Below are positions 13,080 to 37,139 of a stretch of DNA of 64,000 bases, piece after piece. Every line of letters begins with the position of its first letter. The stretch's first letter is position 1. The notes under the pieces were generated by a model, which worked only from the letters and a program-made list of their open reading frames with translations, was not told where the DNA came from and made no database searches. The stretch lies in contig OX597827.1 in assembly GCA_951406725.2 (NCBI GenBank), positions 63,116,001 through 63,180,000 of the forward strand, read 5' to 3'. The DNA is from Octopus vulgaris (taxonomy: Eukaryota). A program made the position numbers and the translations under genes.

Positions 13080-14640
13080 TCCTTAATAAATAGTCTTTCT
13101 TTATCCAATCTTTGATGTTCTGTGGTTAGCTCCAAGTATTTGTAAAATGGAAATATTTTAGGATTCAGCGGTTCCCTCTCGCAGCATATTGCTATATGTC
13201 CACTTAACAGGTATTATCATGTTATTATTTAATTTTTCTTTTTTCCGTTTTTGTTTCGCTATTCATCCGTCAATCTTCTTCGAAGGGATAACCTCATGTG
13301 TCCGATGTAGTTTTTGCAAGCATCCAAAACATATTATAACATAAATTAAATTTTGGGAGTTGCAAGTGAAATTTTCTTTTATGCTGAAGATTTGTCTGCC
13401 CTTAAATATGAATCTCGAGTCTTCACTTAAGTACAGATATGTACTACAGTTTGTTCTACTACATTTGGTGACCATGAGATTGGGCGCTTGTTTGATAATC
13501 TTCGTCGAAGTTAGAATATTCTTCAAAGTCTTCGGTTGTCATTTACTTTTGATGATAAGTTGATTCTCTGATCATTATTTCATTGTTTTTCCAAGCAGTT
13601 TAGGTCTGTTGCTTTTTATTTTGTAAAATATATCATTATTTCTTGGATTAAAGTAGCGACATAGGATAAAACAATTTTTTTTTTTACTTTGTATTTATTT
13701 TTCCTTTAACTAATGGGGTTCTAAACGTTTTGTCATTTCCATTCCATTTACAATAAGATTGAGTGGAAACGCAGTTTGAATTAGTGTTTTTTAAAGTTCT
13801 TCCAATCTTTGTTTATGTATTGTAATGTTTTTCGCAATTGTGCAAATCATTTTTGTTGAGTTGACGGTAACTTTTACTTTTGTCTGTTTAGGATTGTAGG
13901 GTGTTAAAAGAATGTAATTTCCAGTTTTCTTTTAAATACAAGTAGAATATGTCGAAATATACGAGTACAATCTTCGTAAATTTTCTACTCGTGGTAACCC
14001 ATTATTACATTGGCATATATAGGGAAAACTTTGGTTCCCAAAGCCGTCCCAGACATTTGACTGTACGTTAAATCATCGAATGAGAAATAATCATTTTGTT
14101 GCATGAATGTCAGACCTTCAATGATAAAGATTTTCTTAGGCGGTGAGTGGCAGAAACGTTAGCATGCCGGGCGAAATGCGTAGCCGTATTTCGTCTGCCG
14201 TTACGTTCTGAGTTCAAATTCCGCCGAGGTCCACTTTGCCTTTCATTCTTTCGGGGTCGATAAATTAAGTACCAGTTAGGCACTGGCGTCGATGTAATCG
14301 ACTTAATCCGTTTGTCTGTCCTCGTTTGTCCCTTCTATGTTTAGCCCCTTGTGGGTAGTAAAGAAACAGATAAAGATTCTTCGACGCTGTCTGTGAATTC
14401 GACTTGGTATATACATCTAAACAATATTTTATGGCATTGGTTTCACAGACATGGAAAATATTGGTGAATAGATTAACAAAAACCCAAAATAATTGCATTT
14501 TGACTCACTGTGATTGGTATGTGATTAAGTAAATCCAAATAATCTGAAACAAAACTCTGTATGAGCTTTAAGAAAAGTTTGACTACGATGGCTAGAAAAT
14601 AATTTAGCCTCTGTGTTTCACATACAAAGCCCGCTAAAAT
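13080..14640 (-). mobile_element. Decayed Penelope-like retroelement (RT + GIY-YIG), interrupted by a SINE
   Basis: GTALGTKVFPIYANVIMGY (RT) near 14010-14050; FSIKENFTCNSQNLIYVIICFGC (GIY-YIG N-terminus) in ORF 13263-13526; frameshifts. Confidence 0.8.
14139..14368 (+). mobile_element. SINE family B, full length, inserted in the Penelope RT
   Basis: ggcggtgagtggcagaaacgttagc...gggtagtaaagaaa; flanks gataaagattttctt and gataaagattctt form an imperfect TSD. Confidence 0.9.
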
Positions 14641-14737
14641 TCGTCTGTTAAACAGATGCTATTTTCATATTCTCAGACTTAATATTTTTACAAACGTCAG
14701 TTTATTATACTTTTATTTTACCGTATTTATTTGAGCA

Positions 14738-15120
14738 CTAGCAGTATCGCCCGGCGTTGCTCGGGTTTGTAAGGGAAATAACTATAAAGCATTTTTAGAG
14801 AGTTATAGCCAAAAAATAGCAAAAAAATGGAAGAAAAAAATGGTTAATTTTTTTTGAGAGTTAAAAAGGTCGAGTTGCGTCCCCTAGACAGTCTGTGGTT
14901 TGTGTTTCTGATTCTCGACCCCATGTCGAATTTATCGATTTTTTTCAGAACTGGGGGAACTTTTCAAAATTTTCGCTGCGTTAGTTTTGAATTATGACAT
15001 TGGGCTATGTGTGTGTCAAGTTTCATCAGAATCGGTTGAAAGCCGTGGTCAGGGTGAGGGTACAACCTAACAGACACACAGAAACACACACAGACAAACT
15101 GCCGTTTATATATAGAGAGA
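14738..15120 (-). mobile_element. Non-autonomous Helitron
   Basis: Minus strand: 5' TC, subterminal hairpin cccgagcaacgccggg, 3' CTAG, inserted between A and T with no TSD. Confidence 0.8.
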
Positions 15121-15679
15121 TTAGTCTCACTATTTTATAATTGATCTGAACTGAAAATCTAGGTTGCGACTTGTCCACTGGGTAAAGTTAAAATTTTCGT
15201 TTCAATAGGTTTGAATACGAAGGCGAAAATGCTGTAACAAGATTTAGCAGTAAACAAAGAGTGTGACTAGTAAACGAATAAGAGATAGTAATAATATTTT
15301 TTTTCACATAAGCAAAATTCTACGCGTCTTCTGAGCTAGAGAGAAAAGAAAAAAACAGAGACAGATAGCAACTTGTTCAGTGGTACATTATATATCAACA
15401 CAGAATATGTGAAACTCAGTTGACTGCGGTAGAATTTAAACAAAGACACTTAATCAAACATAACTGAAGGCTGAAAGATATTCTGTCCGAGTTGCTATAA
15501 TTTCACCCTCGTTACGGCCTTAAATTTAGCTATGAGATATAACAATACACCGAGTCTAACACGTTCTGTCGAAGATAACGTTTCAATGACACAGACAAAA
15601 GACTTTAAGTATTAAGAGACTAGTTTGCGTCTCTAGACGCAGCTTACTCTATGAAGATACGTACGTTTGTATAAGTGAG

Positions 15680-18659
<2,980 letters not shown>

Positions 18660-18660
<1 letters not shown>

Positions 18661-18810
18661 TTCTCTCACACTTAATTACTCTTTCTCACTTCTCTCACTC
18701 TCTCTCTTCCTCCGTCACGCTTCTTTTTAGAACTCTCTCTCTCTCTTTATCTCTCCCTTTTTCTCTTTCTTTTTCTTTGTCTTTCTCCCCTCTCAACCCT
18801 TCCCCATCCC

Positions 18811-18854
<44 letters not shown>

Positions 18855-19218
18855 TTCCCCTCTCTGATCCACCCTCTTTTCTTCTATATATTTCATTCTG
18901 ATATCTGCATACTCCCACATTGAATCTTCTTTCTCTCTAACTTTATTCCTTTCTATCTTTCTCTTTTTCTTCCTTCTTTCTTTCTTTCTTCCTCTTTCAC
19001 TCTTTCTTTCGTTTTTTCTTTCATTCTCTTTTTCTTTCCTTCGTTCGTTCTTTCTTTTTCTCTCTTTCTCTCTCTTACTCTCTTCTTCCTTCCTTTATCC
19101 CTTTCTTTCTTTCTTTCCTACTTTCTTTCCGTCTTTCTTTCTTCCTTCCTTCCTTCCTTCCTTTCTTTCTTTCTTTCTCTCTTTCCTTCTTTCTTTCTCT
19201 CTCACTTGCTCTTTTTCT

Positions 19219-19265
<47 letters not shown>

Positions 19266-19439
19266 CTCCTTCCTTCCTTCTTTCTTTCCGTCTTTCTTTT
19301 ACAGTCTTGTCTTTCTCCAACTCAGCTGTATTTCCCTTCTCTTTTCCTTTCCAAGTTCCCATCTTCTAAACATCTCATGTGTCTAACCACATCTTTCTTT
19401 CTCTCACTCTCTTTCTCTCTGTCTGTCTCTTTACGCATA

Positions 19440-19480
<41 letters not shown>
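18660..19480. repeat. ~820 bp polypyrimidine (CT/CTTT) tract
   Basis: Direct composition. Confidence 0.9.
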
Positions 19481-19482
<2 letters not shown>

Positions 19483-19595
19483 CATTCATCTCTCTTTTGA
19501 TATATATACATACAGAGAGAGACTAAAAATATCAATTAAATATATATATGTATGTATATATTATATATATATTGTATATATATATGTATATATAT

Positions 19596-19693
<98 letters not shown>

Positions 19694-19707
19694 TGTGAGT
19701 GTGTCCC

Positions 19708-19754
<47 letters not shown>

Positions 19755-19999
19755 TACGCATATATATCTATCTATACAAAATATATGCACACCAATACAC
19801 GCGCACACATGCAATATATACACAAAGAAATACAAATTTTTTTTTCGTATGTAAAGAAGGAGGCTGAAATATATAAGAAATTACAAATATTAAAACAAAC
19901 TCACACACACGTGCGTGCGCACACACATTACATATAGAGTTTTATGTGTGTGTGTTTATGCGTGCAAGTTTGTGCGCATTTTGTATATTGTACGTAGTT

Positions 20000-20415
20000 T
20001 ACTCTCTATTATCTGTTTCAGTCATTTGACTGTGGCCATGCTGGAGCACCGCCTTTAATCGAGCAACTCGACCCCGGGACTTATTCTTTTGTAAGCCCAG
20101 TACTTATTCTATCGTCTCTTTTGCCGAACCGCTAAGTAACGGGGACGTAAACACATCAGCATCGGTTGTCAAGCAATGCTAGAGGGACAAACACAGACAA
20201 ACACACACACACATACACATACATATATATATATATATATGTAAATATATACGACAGGCTTCTTTTAGTTTCCGTCTACCAAATCCACTCACAAGGCATT
20301 GGTCGGCCCGGGGCTATAGCAGAAGACACTTGCCCAAGGTGCCACGCAGTGGGACTGAACCCGGAACCATGTGGTTGGTTAGCAAGCTACTTACCACACA
20401 GCCACTCCTGCGCCT
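20000..20415 (-). mobile_element. SINE family A, full length
   Basis: Family match. Confidence 0.9.
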
Positions 20416-20442
20416 ATATATGTATATATGTATATATTTTTT

Positions 20443-20574
20443 ATTAATATTTAGCAGAAGCAACAGAGTGACTCAATGACCAAGAGTTTCGTGAAACTTT
20501 GATAAGTTTGATAAATGCCAACGCACGAAACTCCCGGCCCCTGAGTCACTCTGTTGCTTCTGCTAAATATTAAT
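20443..20574. mobile_element. Foldback with a degenerate hammerhead (about 20507-20553, + strand)
   Basis: 33 bp perfect arms attaatatttagcagaagcaacagagtgactca / tgagtcactctgttgcttctgctaaatattaat; agt-TTGATAA-atgc caac gcac-GAAA-ctc...gag-TC-act. Confidence 0.65.
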
Positions 20575-24470
<3,896 letters not shown>

Positions 24471-24774
24471 CATTGACGCAAAGTCGACATAATATGGAAA
24501 GATCATGTGATTTTTGTCTTCATATTCCCATATATTCGTAATATTACTGTAAAACACTGCTAGCATTGTATAATTCGATATCTAAAATATACTAGTTTGT
24601 CCATTAATTAACAAATTTCTATACTTCCAGATGGCATACTGCAGACATTCACTGTTATAGAGACAGTGTAATCAACGCGACATTGCCCGCTTCTCAACGA
24701 ACGGGCTATCGAATTGGATCGATCAAATCTAAATCGCAGTGCTTTAGCATTGGAAAGTTCTTTTTACTCTCTGA

Positions 24775-25158
24775 AAGCATCACCATGGCGTAAATTTAGA
24801 TGAACCGCAAAGGTCGTTTAAAATTTCTACGTCCCCTGCCCAATTCAAGATCACAACATACATGTACACTGCAACATAATTTCTTTTCCTCAACGGGCCC
24901 TGCCCTATTTAACATTATCCCGAGGGAGATCAAAGAGGAAAAGGATCCCATCAACTTTAAACGGAGTCTGGATAGATTCCTTCAAAGAATACCAGATAAG
25001 CCACCCATAATTGGATACAACTCACCCAACAAGAACTCACTACTTGAACAAAACTTGACTTAAACAGGATTCGAATAATCCTATCAGGTGGTGCTATTAA
25101 GTTAGACATGGCCTGGACCAATATTTGGTCGAAACATATCTAAGTTTATCTAAGTTTA
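24775..25158 (+). mobile_element. 3' end of a CR1/L2-group LINE
   Basis: ORF2 C-terminus FFSSTGPALFNIIPREIK...FKRSLDRFLQRIPDKP..GY...NSL; ends in tandem tatctaagtt units. Confidence 0.75.
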
Positions 25159-25159
25159 T

Positions 25160-25318
25160 ATGGGGTCAACCAGATCGGACTATCTCAAGAGTAACTACCC
25201 CAAATAGTCGTGATTTCTGTGACTTGACTGATGAAAGAAAGATAAGAATGACCCGTTATTTTTGCTTGTCCTTCTAATTGATGTTTTTCTTGTCCGCCAT
25301 TGTATCGTCTATCTGTCT
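25160..25318 (+). repeat. ~160 bp dispersed repeat, second copy at 26668-26815
   Basis: agatcg..c.atctcaa..gtaact.ccc.aaat.gtcgtga.ttctg.gacttgactgatgaaagaaag is shared. Confidence 0.7.
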
Positions 25319-25319
25319 C

Positions 25320-25720
25320 TTTTACTCTTTTACTCTTTTACTTGTTTCAGTCATTTGACTGCGGCCATGCTGGAGCACCACCTTTAATCGAGCAACTCGA
25401 CCCGGGACTTATTCTTTGTAAGCCCAGTACTTATTCTATCGTTCTCATTTACCGAACCGCTAAGTGACGGAGACATAAACACACCAGCATCGGTTGTCAA
25501 GCAATACTAGGGGGACAAACACAGACACACAAACACATATATATATATATATATACGACGGGCTTCTTTCAGTTTCCGTCTACCAAATCCACTCACAAGG
25601 CTTTGGTCGGCCCGCGGCTATAGTAGAAGACACTTGCCCAAGGTGCCACGCAGTGGGACTGAACCCGGAACCATGTGGTTGGTAATCAATCTACTTCCCA
25701 CACAGCCACTCCTGCGCCTA
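25320..25720 (-). mobile_element. SINE family A, full length
   Basis: Family match. Confidence 0.9.
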
Positions 25721-25981
25721 TTGATTTTAAATTGATATTAATGAAATTAATATTTAATTTTTCAGCCTTATTATTTTAAATTTAAATTTAAATAACTATG
25801 TTCTCTAACCGGCAAAATTCACTGCAGAGAATTATTTTTTGCAGAATTATTTCCGGTATTTTAGAGCGCCGAAACGAAGACTTTTGAAAGATAACCCCTA
25901 GTGTAATTGGTAGAACTGAATGTATGTCCAATCTCATGCAGACATCTCGTGTATAGTTCTGCAAATTATATTTGCAATGAC

Positions 25982-26056
25982 GATCATACTGAAGAGCTAC
26001 GGACAGTTACGTTAGCAAATTTGCGTAAGTGTCACTAGCGAAATTAATTTATGATT
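25982..26056 (+). ncRNA. Type I hammerhead ribozyme, canonical core, long stem II
   Basis: atcata-CTGAAGA-gcta(cggacagttacgt...tgcgtaagtgtcac)tagc-GAAA-ttaa-TT-tatgat; palindromic minimal stem III. Confidence 0.8.
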
Positions 26057-26834
26057 AATCTCTATTTTCTTTCTTTTCATTTGTCTTGCTCGCTTACGTT
26101 CTGGCATTTGCTAAATTTTCTTGAGAACATTCCTTTCTTAGCGGTAAGATCATAGCGGATGTACATCTAGCATAATGGATGTCCGGGTAGAGGTCATCCG
26201 TCTTATATATATATATCGTGGCGTACATACACCGCTGTGCTCACCTTATAGAAGGTATGTATCTAAATTTCGTACGACTCTCATATTTTATTTCCCTTCT
26301 CATTTCCTTCCTTTTTCCTTCCTTTGTCCCACTCCTTCAATCACGCTGTCCTCTAATTATCTCTCCTTTTTCCACGTGACCGGTGTCCGGCCAGCCATGA
26401 CCTTTCTTCCTTGGACTGACTGCTGACCAACACCTCTTGTGTCCATCTCCCATGTTCCTGCTCTTATGCTTTCACTTCATACATGCCAGCTCAATTTGAT
26501 TTGTTCTCAGTCGAAAGACACCTGTTATTTCTTGTTGTTTGTATTCGTAATAGTGTACCGTGTTCTCCGTTATATATTTGTTTTTGTTTATTTGTTTTTT
26601 GTCTTTGTTGCCATACACATTTGCTAGCTTTCTTACAAAGGGGTTTAATGCTCTTAGCTTTGACATTTTGGGGGACAACAAGATCGAACCATCTCAACTG
26701 TAACTGCCCGAAATGGTCGTGACTTCTGGGACTTGACTGATGAAAGAAAGCATTTTTTTTTTGCCTGTCCTAATTGATATTTCTCTTGTCCGCCTTAGTA
26801 CCGTCCATCTGTCCATTATATATACACATAATCT

Positions 26835-26964
26835 TTTATTTATTTCAGGTATTTGACTGTGGCCATGCTGGAGCTACCGTCTTTAGTCGAACAAATCGGC
26901 CCCAGGACTTATTCTTTGAAAGCCTAGTACTTATTCTATCGGTTTCTTTCGCAGAACCGCTACG

Positions 26965-27002
<38 letters not shown>

Positions 27003-27230
27003 CTGTTTTAATAATAATAATGATCTTTTCTACTGGAGGTACAAAGCCTCAAGTTTATGGGGAGGAGACTAGTTGATTATATTGAACCCAGTGTTTCACT
27101 AGTATTTATTTTATCAACCTCCAAAGTATGGAAGACAATGTCGACCTCGGCGGAACTTGAACTCAGAACGTATAGACAGACTAAATGCCGCTAAGCATTT
27201 TGCCCGGCATGCTAACGATTCTGTCAGCTC
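26835..27230 (-). mobile_element. SINE family A 3' half (26835-26965) and degenerate family B copy (27030-27230)
   Basis: Family matches. Confidence 0.75.
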
Positions 27231-27254
27231 ACAGCGTTAATAATAATAATAATG

Positions 27255-27305
<51 letters not shown>

Positions 27306-27306
27306 T

Positions 27307-27370
<64 letters not shown>

Positions 27371-27390
27371 TATCAATAATAATAATAATA

Positions 27391-27752
27391 AGTATCAATA
27401 CCGGCAGATGACAACGTGTCTCTAAAAGAAATGGAGAAACTCTCAAAATACAAAGACCTGGAAATAGAGGTAACTAGAATGTGGAACCTGAAAACAGAAA
27501 CAATTCCTATCATAGTAGGTGCATTAGGCATGATAAAAAAATATTCAGACAAATACATAACAAAAACACCAGGACTTACAAACACATATAACATACAGAA
27601 AATTGCACTACTAGGCACTGCACACATCCTACGCAGAACACTTCCCATACAATAACCATCAGAGCATCACAACAAATCACAGCACATACCCAAGGCACAC
27701 AGAGCTGCGCTCGGTAGTGAAGTGAAAGCACGCTATAAAAATAAAAATACTG
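27391..27752 (+). mobile_element. 5'-truncated RLE-type LINE family 2 (R4/Dong-like) in (AAT)n
   Basis: VSIPADDNVSLKEMEKLSKYKDLEIEVTRMWNLKTETIPIIVGALG...LLGTAHILRR, stop at 27655; AAT on both sides. Confidence 0.88.
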
Positions 27753-31700
<3,948 letters not shown>

Positions 31701-32029
31701 GAGCATCATGGCCATGTGTTGAGAGGGATTCTTTGGAGTTTGAATGGTTCACCTCTGGAAACATAGGTGTTTCGTTCAACATCCTAAAGCAACCCTTATT
31801 CAGGGACCGTTTGAGCAGGATGGGCTACTCAACCTGAAGAAAATTCTAACTGGGCCCCACCTGCAAGGTCATGTGCTGTTTATCTTGATATGAGATCACC
31901 ATGTCGTGCACATATGGTTGTGATGCATGTGCCTGGTGTACCTTTATCAGACGGGTAGTCATGATGGGTATATTGGGCTTCGTATATTTTACCCCAGTGT
32001 CACTTTGATGGCATGAACTGCTCTCTCAC

Positions 32030-32030
<1 letters not shown>
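31701..32030 (+). mobile_element. Retroposon 3' end (third AAT-embedded family)
   Basis: AAT on both sides; parts recur at 45190-45303 (again followed by AAT) and 45493-45582. Confidence 0.7.
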
Positions 32031-32073
<43 letters not shown>

Positions 32074-32097
32074 TATAATAATGATAATAATAATAAT

Positions 32098-32138
<41 letters not shown>

Positions 32139-32151
32139 TAATAATAATAAT

Positions 32152-32234
<83 letters not shown>

Positions 32235-32319
32235 TAATAATAATAATAATGATAATAATGATAGTAATAATTCAGCCAGCTCGCATCCATATGTTGCTAT
32301 TATATTTTATTTCTTACGT

Positions 32320-32545
32320 TTTCAGTCATTAGACTACGGCCATGCTGGGGTACCGCCTTGAAGCGTTCTAGTCGAACGACTAGACCACAATACTTATATA
32401 TTTTTAAAGCCTTGGTCTTATTCAATCGATTTCGTTTTGCCGAAACACTAGGTTACGGGGACGTAAACAAACCACCACCAGTTGCCAAACATTAATAGAA
32501 AACAAATACAAAAAGAAAAACAAGACAGACACACGTACACACACG

Positions 32546-32589
<44 letters not shown>

Positions 32590-32735
32590 TACACATAGCT
32601 ATATATTGGCAAACTGAAATATATTCGAGAAGTTTCTATATGTTTCTGATTACCACATTCATTCCCAAGGCCTTTGTTGACCCTGGTACTATAGCTGAAG
32701 ACACACGCACAATGTGCCACGTAGAAATTAAACAC
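32320..32735 (-). mobile_element. Degenerate SINE family A
   Basis: tttcagtcatt.gact.cggccatgctgg and aaggc.tttg.t.gaccc. Confidence 0.7.
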
Positions 32736-33095
32736 CAGGACAAAATACCTGTTTGGGGTTTACATGGTCAAAAAACTACGTGATTGCTATGAATTAGTTT
32801 AGTGTCATGTCCAATCTACTCAAAATAATAATGGTCATAATTTTTTTCTATGACAGACATACAAAGGAGGTTATATTTTCCTGAACATGTTATTTTTCGT
32901 TGCGTAATGCTGTATGTAATTCAACGTCTGACTTCAAACAATTCCTGATACCTGTTGCTAATTTGATTTATAGTACCTTCAATTAGAGGGTGTATAAGTT
33001 ATATATCGAATATGTGAACAGCAATATCTAAATACATACGCAAGAGCAGGCACAATTACCTATCTATCTATGTGTCTGTGTATGTAAATATGTAT

Positions 33096-33156
<61 letters not shown>

Positions 33157-33158
33157 CA

Positions 33159-33219
<61 letters not shown>

Positions 33220-33223
<4 letters not shown>

Positions 33224-33400
33224 GAAATTTACAGAAAAGACGAAGACAGGTGTATAAACAAGAAGCAGGTGCATTAGTTTGACGCTCGGAAAGATGAGAA
33301 AGTCTTTTATGTTTCGAGCCGACGCTCTTCAACAGAAAGAAACACGAGGAAAGAATTAGAGGGAGAATAAATAAAAGACTTGTAGATTTAGCGGTCAATC
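33220..33400 (-). mobile_element. Short hammerhead-bearing element ending at (TA)n
   Basis: Minus: cttt-CTGTTGA-a-gagc gtcg gctc-GAAA-ca-TA-aaag (33304-33339); homologous to 57375-57580. Confidence 0.7.
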
Positions 33401-33504
33401 AATTTATGGATATAAAACACACTCAGGGACAGTCATATACACCATATATATGTGTGTGTGTGTGAGTGTGTGTGTGTGTGTGTGCGCGCGCGTGCAGACA
33501 CACG

Positions 33505-33730
33505 TGCAGGCGTATCTACGTAATATTAAGTTTACTTCCCGACGACAAGCTTCCAGGTTCAGTCCCACTGTGTGGCACCTTGGGCAATTTCCTACTACTA
33601 TAGCCACGGGCAGACCAAAGTCTTGTGAGTGGAAAGAAGTCCGTTTTATATATATATATAAATTTTTGTCCGTGCATTCGCGCACGCGTGTGTGTACGTT
33701 TACGTGTATGTGTGTCTGTGTTTGTCCCCG
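33505..33730 (+). mobile_element. Degenerate SINE family A
   Basis: ggttcagtcccactgtgtggcaccttgggcaa. Confidence 0.7.
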
Positions 33731-33832
33731 GCAATTCTGCCTCCGAAAAAGTCTCTTTGTACGTGCAATACACATTTCGACGCTTCTAAGAACAACAAAT
33801 GTTAATTTGTTTATATTTATACATTTACACAC

Positions 33833-33864
<32 letters not shown>

Positions 33865-34055
33865 CACCGTGATCACCGTGATCGACCAGGCTACTAGATG
33901 TTACTGCACATCGGTGGTCACAATGCGCTTCGCATTGTTATTAGCCTTCGAATGACGCCACCCCACTGACTAAGCGAGCAGGCCAGGAGAAGAAAGAGTG
34001 AGAGAAAATTGTGTCGAAAGAGTACAGCAAGGATCGCCACCACCTCCCCTGCCGT
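33865..34055 (-). mobile_element. SINE-related fragment sharing a domain with 42625-42920
   Basis: gaaagagtgagagaaa.ttgtg.cgaaa.agt.cagca is shared. Confidence 0.55.
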
Positions 34056-34399
34056 ATATCAAACGTTGAAAATGGTCGATATGATTTCTTTATTTGTGAA
34101 TTAAGGCTACCATTGGTTTTATGTTAAGAAAACTAGGAAAATATCTTAGTGGTTTAACAATTTTCAAGCCAATGACATGGAGAAAGATGCTCGCCTCCAT
34201 TTGAAAAACACAGCCCCGTTTAGTTCGCGGAGATCCTCGTGAATTCAAATGAATAAAACAATGAACAATGAATCAAGAGACGTTACTCTCGAGTAGAATC
34301 TTTTTTATGTCTGTCTCCCTTGGATTTGTCTTGTGGGCAAATTGTGTGGTCAACATGATTGCACTATTTTGTTTGTGTTCTGGGAATGGTATTCTTATA

Positions 34400-35350
34400 C
34401 TTGATTGCTGAGGTAGTTCGTCTTTGAGGAATATTTCTTCAGTATGTGGAGTCTGTGTGCTATGTACGTTTAGATATCACGTTTAGGAAAGTAGTAATCC
34501 TGGTGGGATTACCGTTGCAGAAAGTAGCTCTTCCTTTAAAATATTTGAGTGTAAAATATTGCTTGTGTATGCTGGGAGAGAAGGTTGCACCCCTAATATT
34601 TAGGATGTTTTCTGTTGATTTTATGTTTAACTTTTCAATACTAGAGAGTTTATACTTGGTATCCCGTCTTCTATATTTTTTGGCTTTAGCATTAATTTTC
34701 CATTCTATCTGGGGCTGCTTATTCCACCTTCTTTCAATATCCATATCATATTTGACAAGGATATTGCATGTTTTATAATTTTGACGCCAGAATTGTGTAT
34801 ACCTTTCATCGAACAAGTTGCCAGTCATTCAGATATACATCTTGGCTATCCCGTTGGGGTCGGTAATCTTGCCCTTGTATACGAGTTCTTTTTCGATACA
34901 GGTGCTGTTTAGAGGGCAGCAGTTTGGGGATCTACAGCTGCATTGTCTTTCGGGTATGTTTCTGGTGTGTTTATATTTATTGTGATTGAGTATTATTGAG
35001 CTTATATTGGGGAGGCAACTATAGATAACTAACAGTATTTCTATTGAAGAGCTTGTGTTATTTGTGTGAACGTGGAAAGTGTTTCCTAGTTATGTTAGTA
35101 GCTACATTCCGGTTATAAGATGGGTTATACCACAAGATTTTCTTCTGTCTGCATTTTCTTGGTCTATTTATATTTGGTGCAATGTAGTATATGCTATTCA
35201 TCAAGTTGGACCTTTCTAATCCATTATAATATGGGGCGGCGTTTTCAAAAGTGTCTTTGTCAGCGGATAAATTGGAGACGTGCCGGCTAATGTTGGTAAG
35301 CATTTGCTTAATTACTGCTGGTGGTTGTTTGGAACGTATGTCTATGTAGG
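34400..35350 (-). mobile_element. Decayed Penelope-like element, second lineage (RT C-terminus + GIY-YIG)
   Basis: KKILWYNPSYNRNVATNI..KHFPRSHK, then CSCRSPNCCPLNSTCIEKELVYKGKI and ...MTGNLFDERY; frameshifted. Confidence 0.8.
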
Positions 35351-35950
35351 GTTTTTATATTTTCTTGTGTCAAACTTTATGTTATGTTAATTATCATGAA
35401 AGAGTAATGACTTCCTAGCATTTATAATTGTATCTACATCAGTATTAGTTATAGTGACATATGCCTTACTAAATTCAACTAAATTAAAATGACTTCTGAA
35501 GCAAACTTTTGGAAATCGAGCGGTAGAATTCTACGATATCGTATTTGCATTTCGGTTTATCTTCTACTTTTTTAAACCATTCAATATCCATTGAGTAAGA
35601 ATTGAGTGTGCTCTGATATGTCGTATAATATTGTATAATATGGAGTTACTAATAATTTCTATTTCGCTTTTGTGGGAATCCTACCGCTAGAATTTTTATG
35701 ATGTTTCAGTTATAAAAAGATTTCGTGCGATAAGCTTTTCTATTTTGTCTTCTATTTTAAACTTTGTGACAAAAGTTTTTGCTTGTACACAAATTGAATT
35801 ATAAGTGGTGGGGTTTTTTTTTTCTTGTATGATTCTTGTATATGATTGGCTTGAAAAATTAAGACTCTAGGATATTATCCTACTTTTCTTAACATGAAAC
35901 CGATGATAGCTTTAATTCACTAATAAAAAGATTTACACACACACACACAT

Positions 35951-36058
<108 letters not shown>

Positions 36059-36499
36059 CTTTTTATGATATATATGAACTTCAAAGATTTGACAAAAACA
36101 TAACGGAATATTCGTCGCTAAATCCTCATCTGTCAATGTTGAAAAGGTGCTCAGAATTTCGCGCGTGTTATCGTTGGTATTGTTCACTTTTGCCGAATAG
36201 CTAACAAGTGTAAACGACAGTGACGAAAACAAACACAAACTAAAATAATTATGATAACTATACATATACAACCCCACCTCCAAAAAAGCCCTGCGGTTGC
36301 CAGACAGACGAGTGTGCGGCAACACAAAAGAGAATGGAAATGTCCTGTCGCTCTAGAGATGGAAGGGGATAAATAGAAAGTTAGAACGAAGCAGTAAACA
36401 AACCGTGTAGGAATTAGGTGGAGAGTTTAACTACGGTCCTTCCATAGCACTTACATAGCGTTACCTGTCATGTTGGGTCTTCTGGATACCAATACCTCT

Positions 36500-36600
<101 letters not shown>

Positions 36601-36619
36601 TCTTTCTTTCTTTCTTTTT

Positions 36620-37020
36620 CTTTTTTACTTGTTTCAGTCATTTGACTGCGGCCATGCTGGAGCACCGCCTTTAATCGAGCAAATCGACCCCGGGACTTAT
36701 TCTTTGTAAGCCCAGTACTTAATCTATCGGTCTCTTTTGCCAAACCGCTGAGTGACGGGGACGTAAACACACCAGTATCGGTTGTCAAGCAATGCTAGGG
36801 GGACAAACACAGACACACACATACATACATACATATATATATATACATACATATATACGACAGGCTTCCTTCAGTTTCCGTCTACCAAATCCACTCACAA
36901 GGCATTGGTCGGCCCGGGGCTATAGCAGAAGACACTTGCCCAAGATGCCACGCAGTGGGACTGAACCAGGAACTATGTGGTTGGTTAGCAAGCTACTTAC
37001 CACACAGCTACTCCTGCGCC
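36620..37020 (-). mobile_element. SINE family A, full length
   Basis: Family match. Confidence 0.9.
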
Positions 37021-37028
37021 TATATATA

Positions 37029-37097
37029 TATAACTCTCTAAAAATGCTTTATAGTTATTTCCCTTACAAACCCGAGCAACGCCGGGCGATACTGCTA

Positions 37098-37098
<1 letters not shown>
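37029..37098 (+). mobile_element. Isolated Helitron 3' terminus
   Basis: Identical to 37462-37531, ends in hairpin + CTAG. Confidence 0.8.

Positions 37099-37136
<38 letters not shown>

Positions 37137-37139
<3 letters not shown>

Noticed and set aside
24630-24690. ggcata-CTGCAGA...cactgt/acagtg...tgcc hammerhead-like fold
   Set aside because: GAAA box absent; too decayed to call.
25225-25255. CTGATGA-aa-GAAA here and at 26738 as hammerheads
   Set aside because: No stem II, and no convincing stems I or III.
36095-36190. Minus-strand CAGATGA...GAAT and GTGAACA...GAAA motifs
   Set aside because: Flanking stems do not pair.
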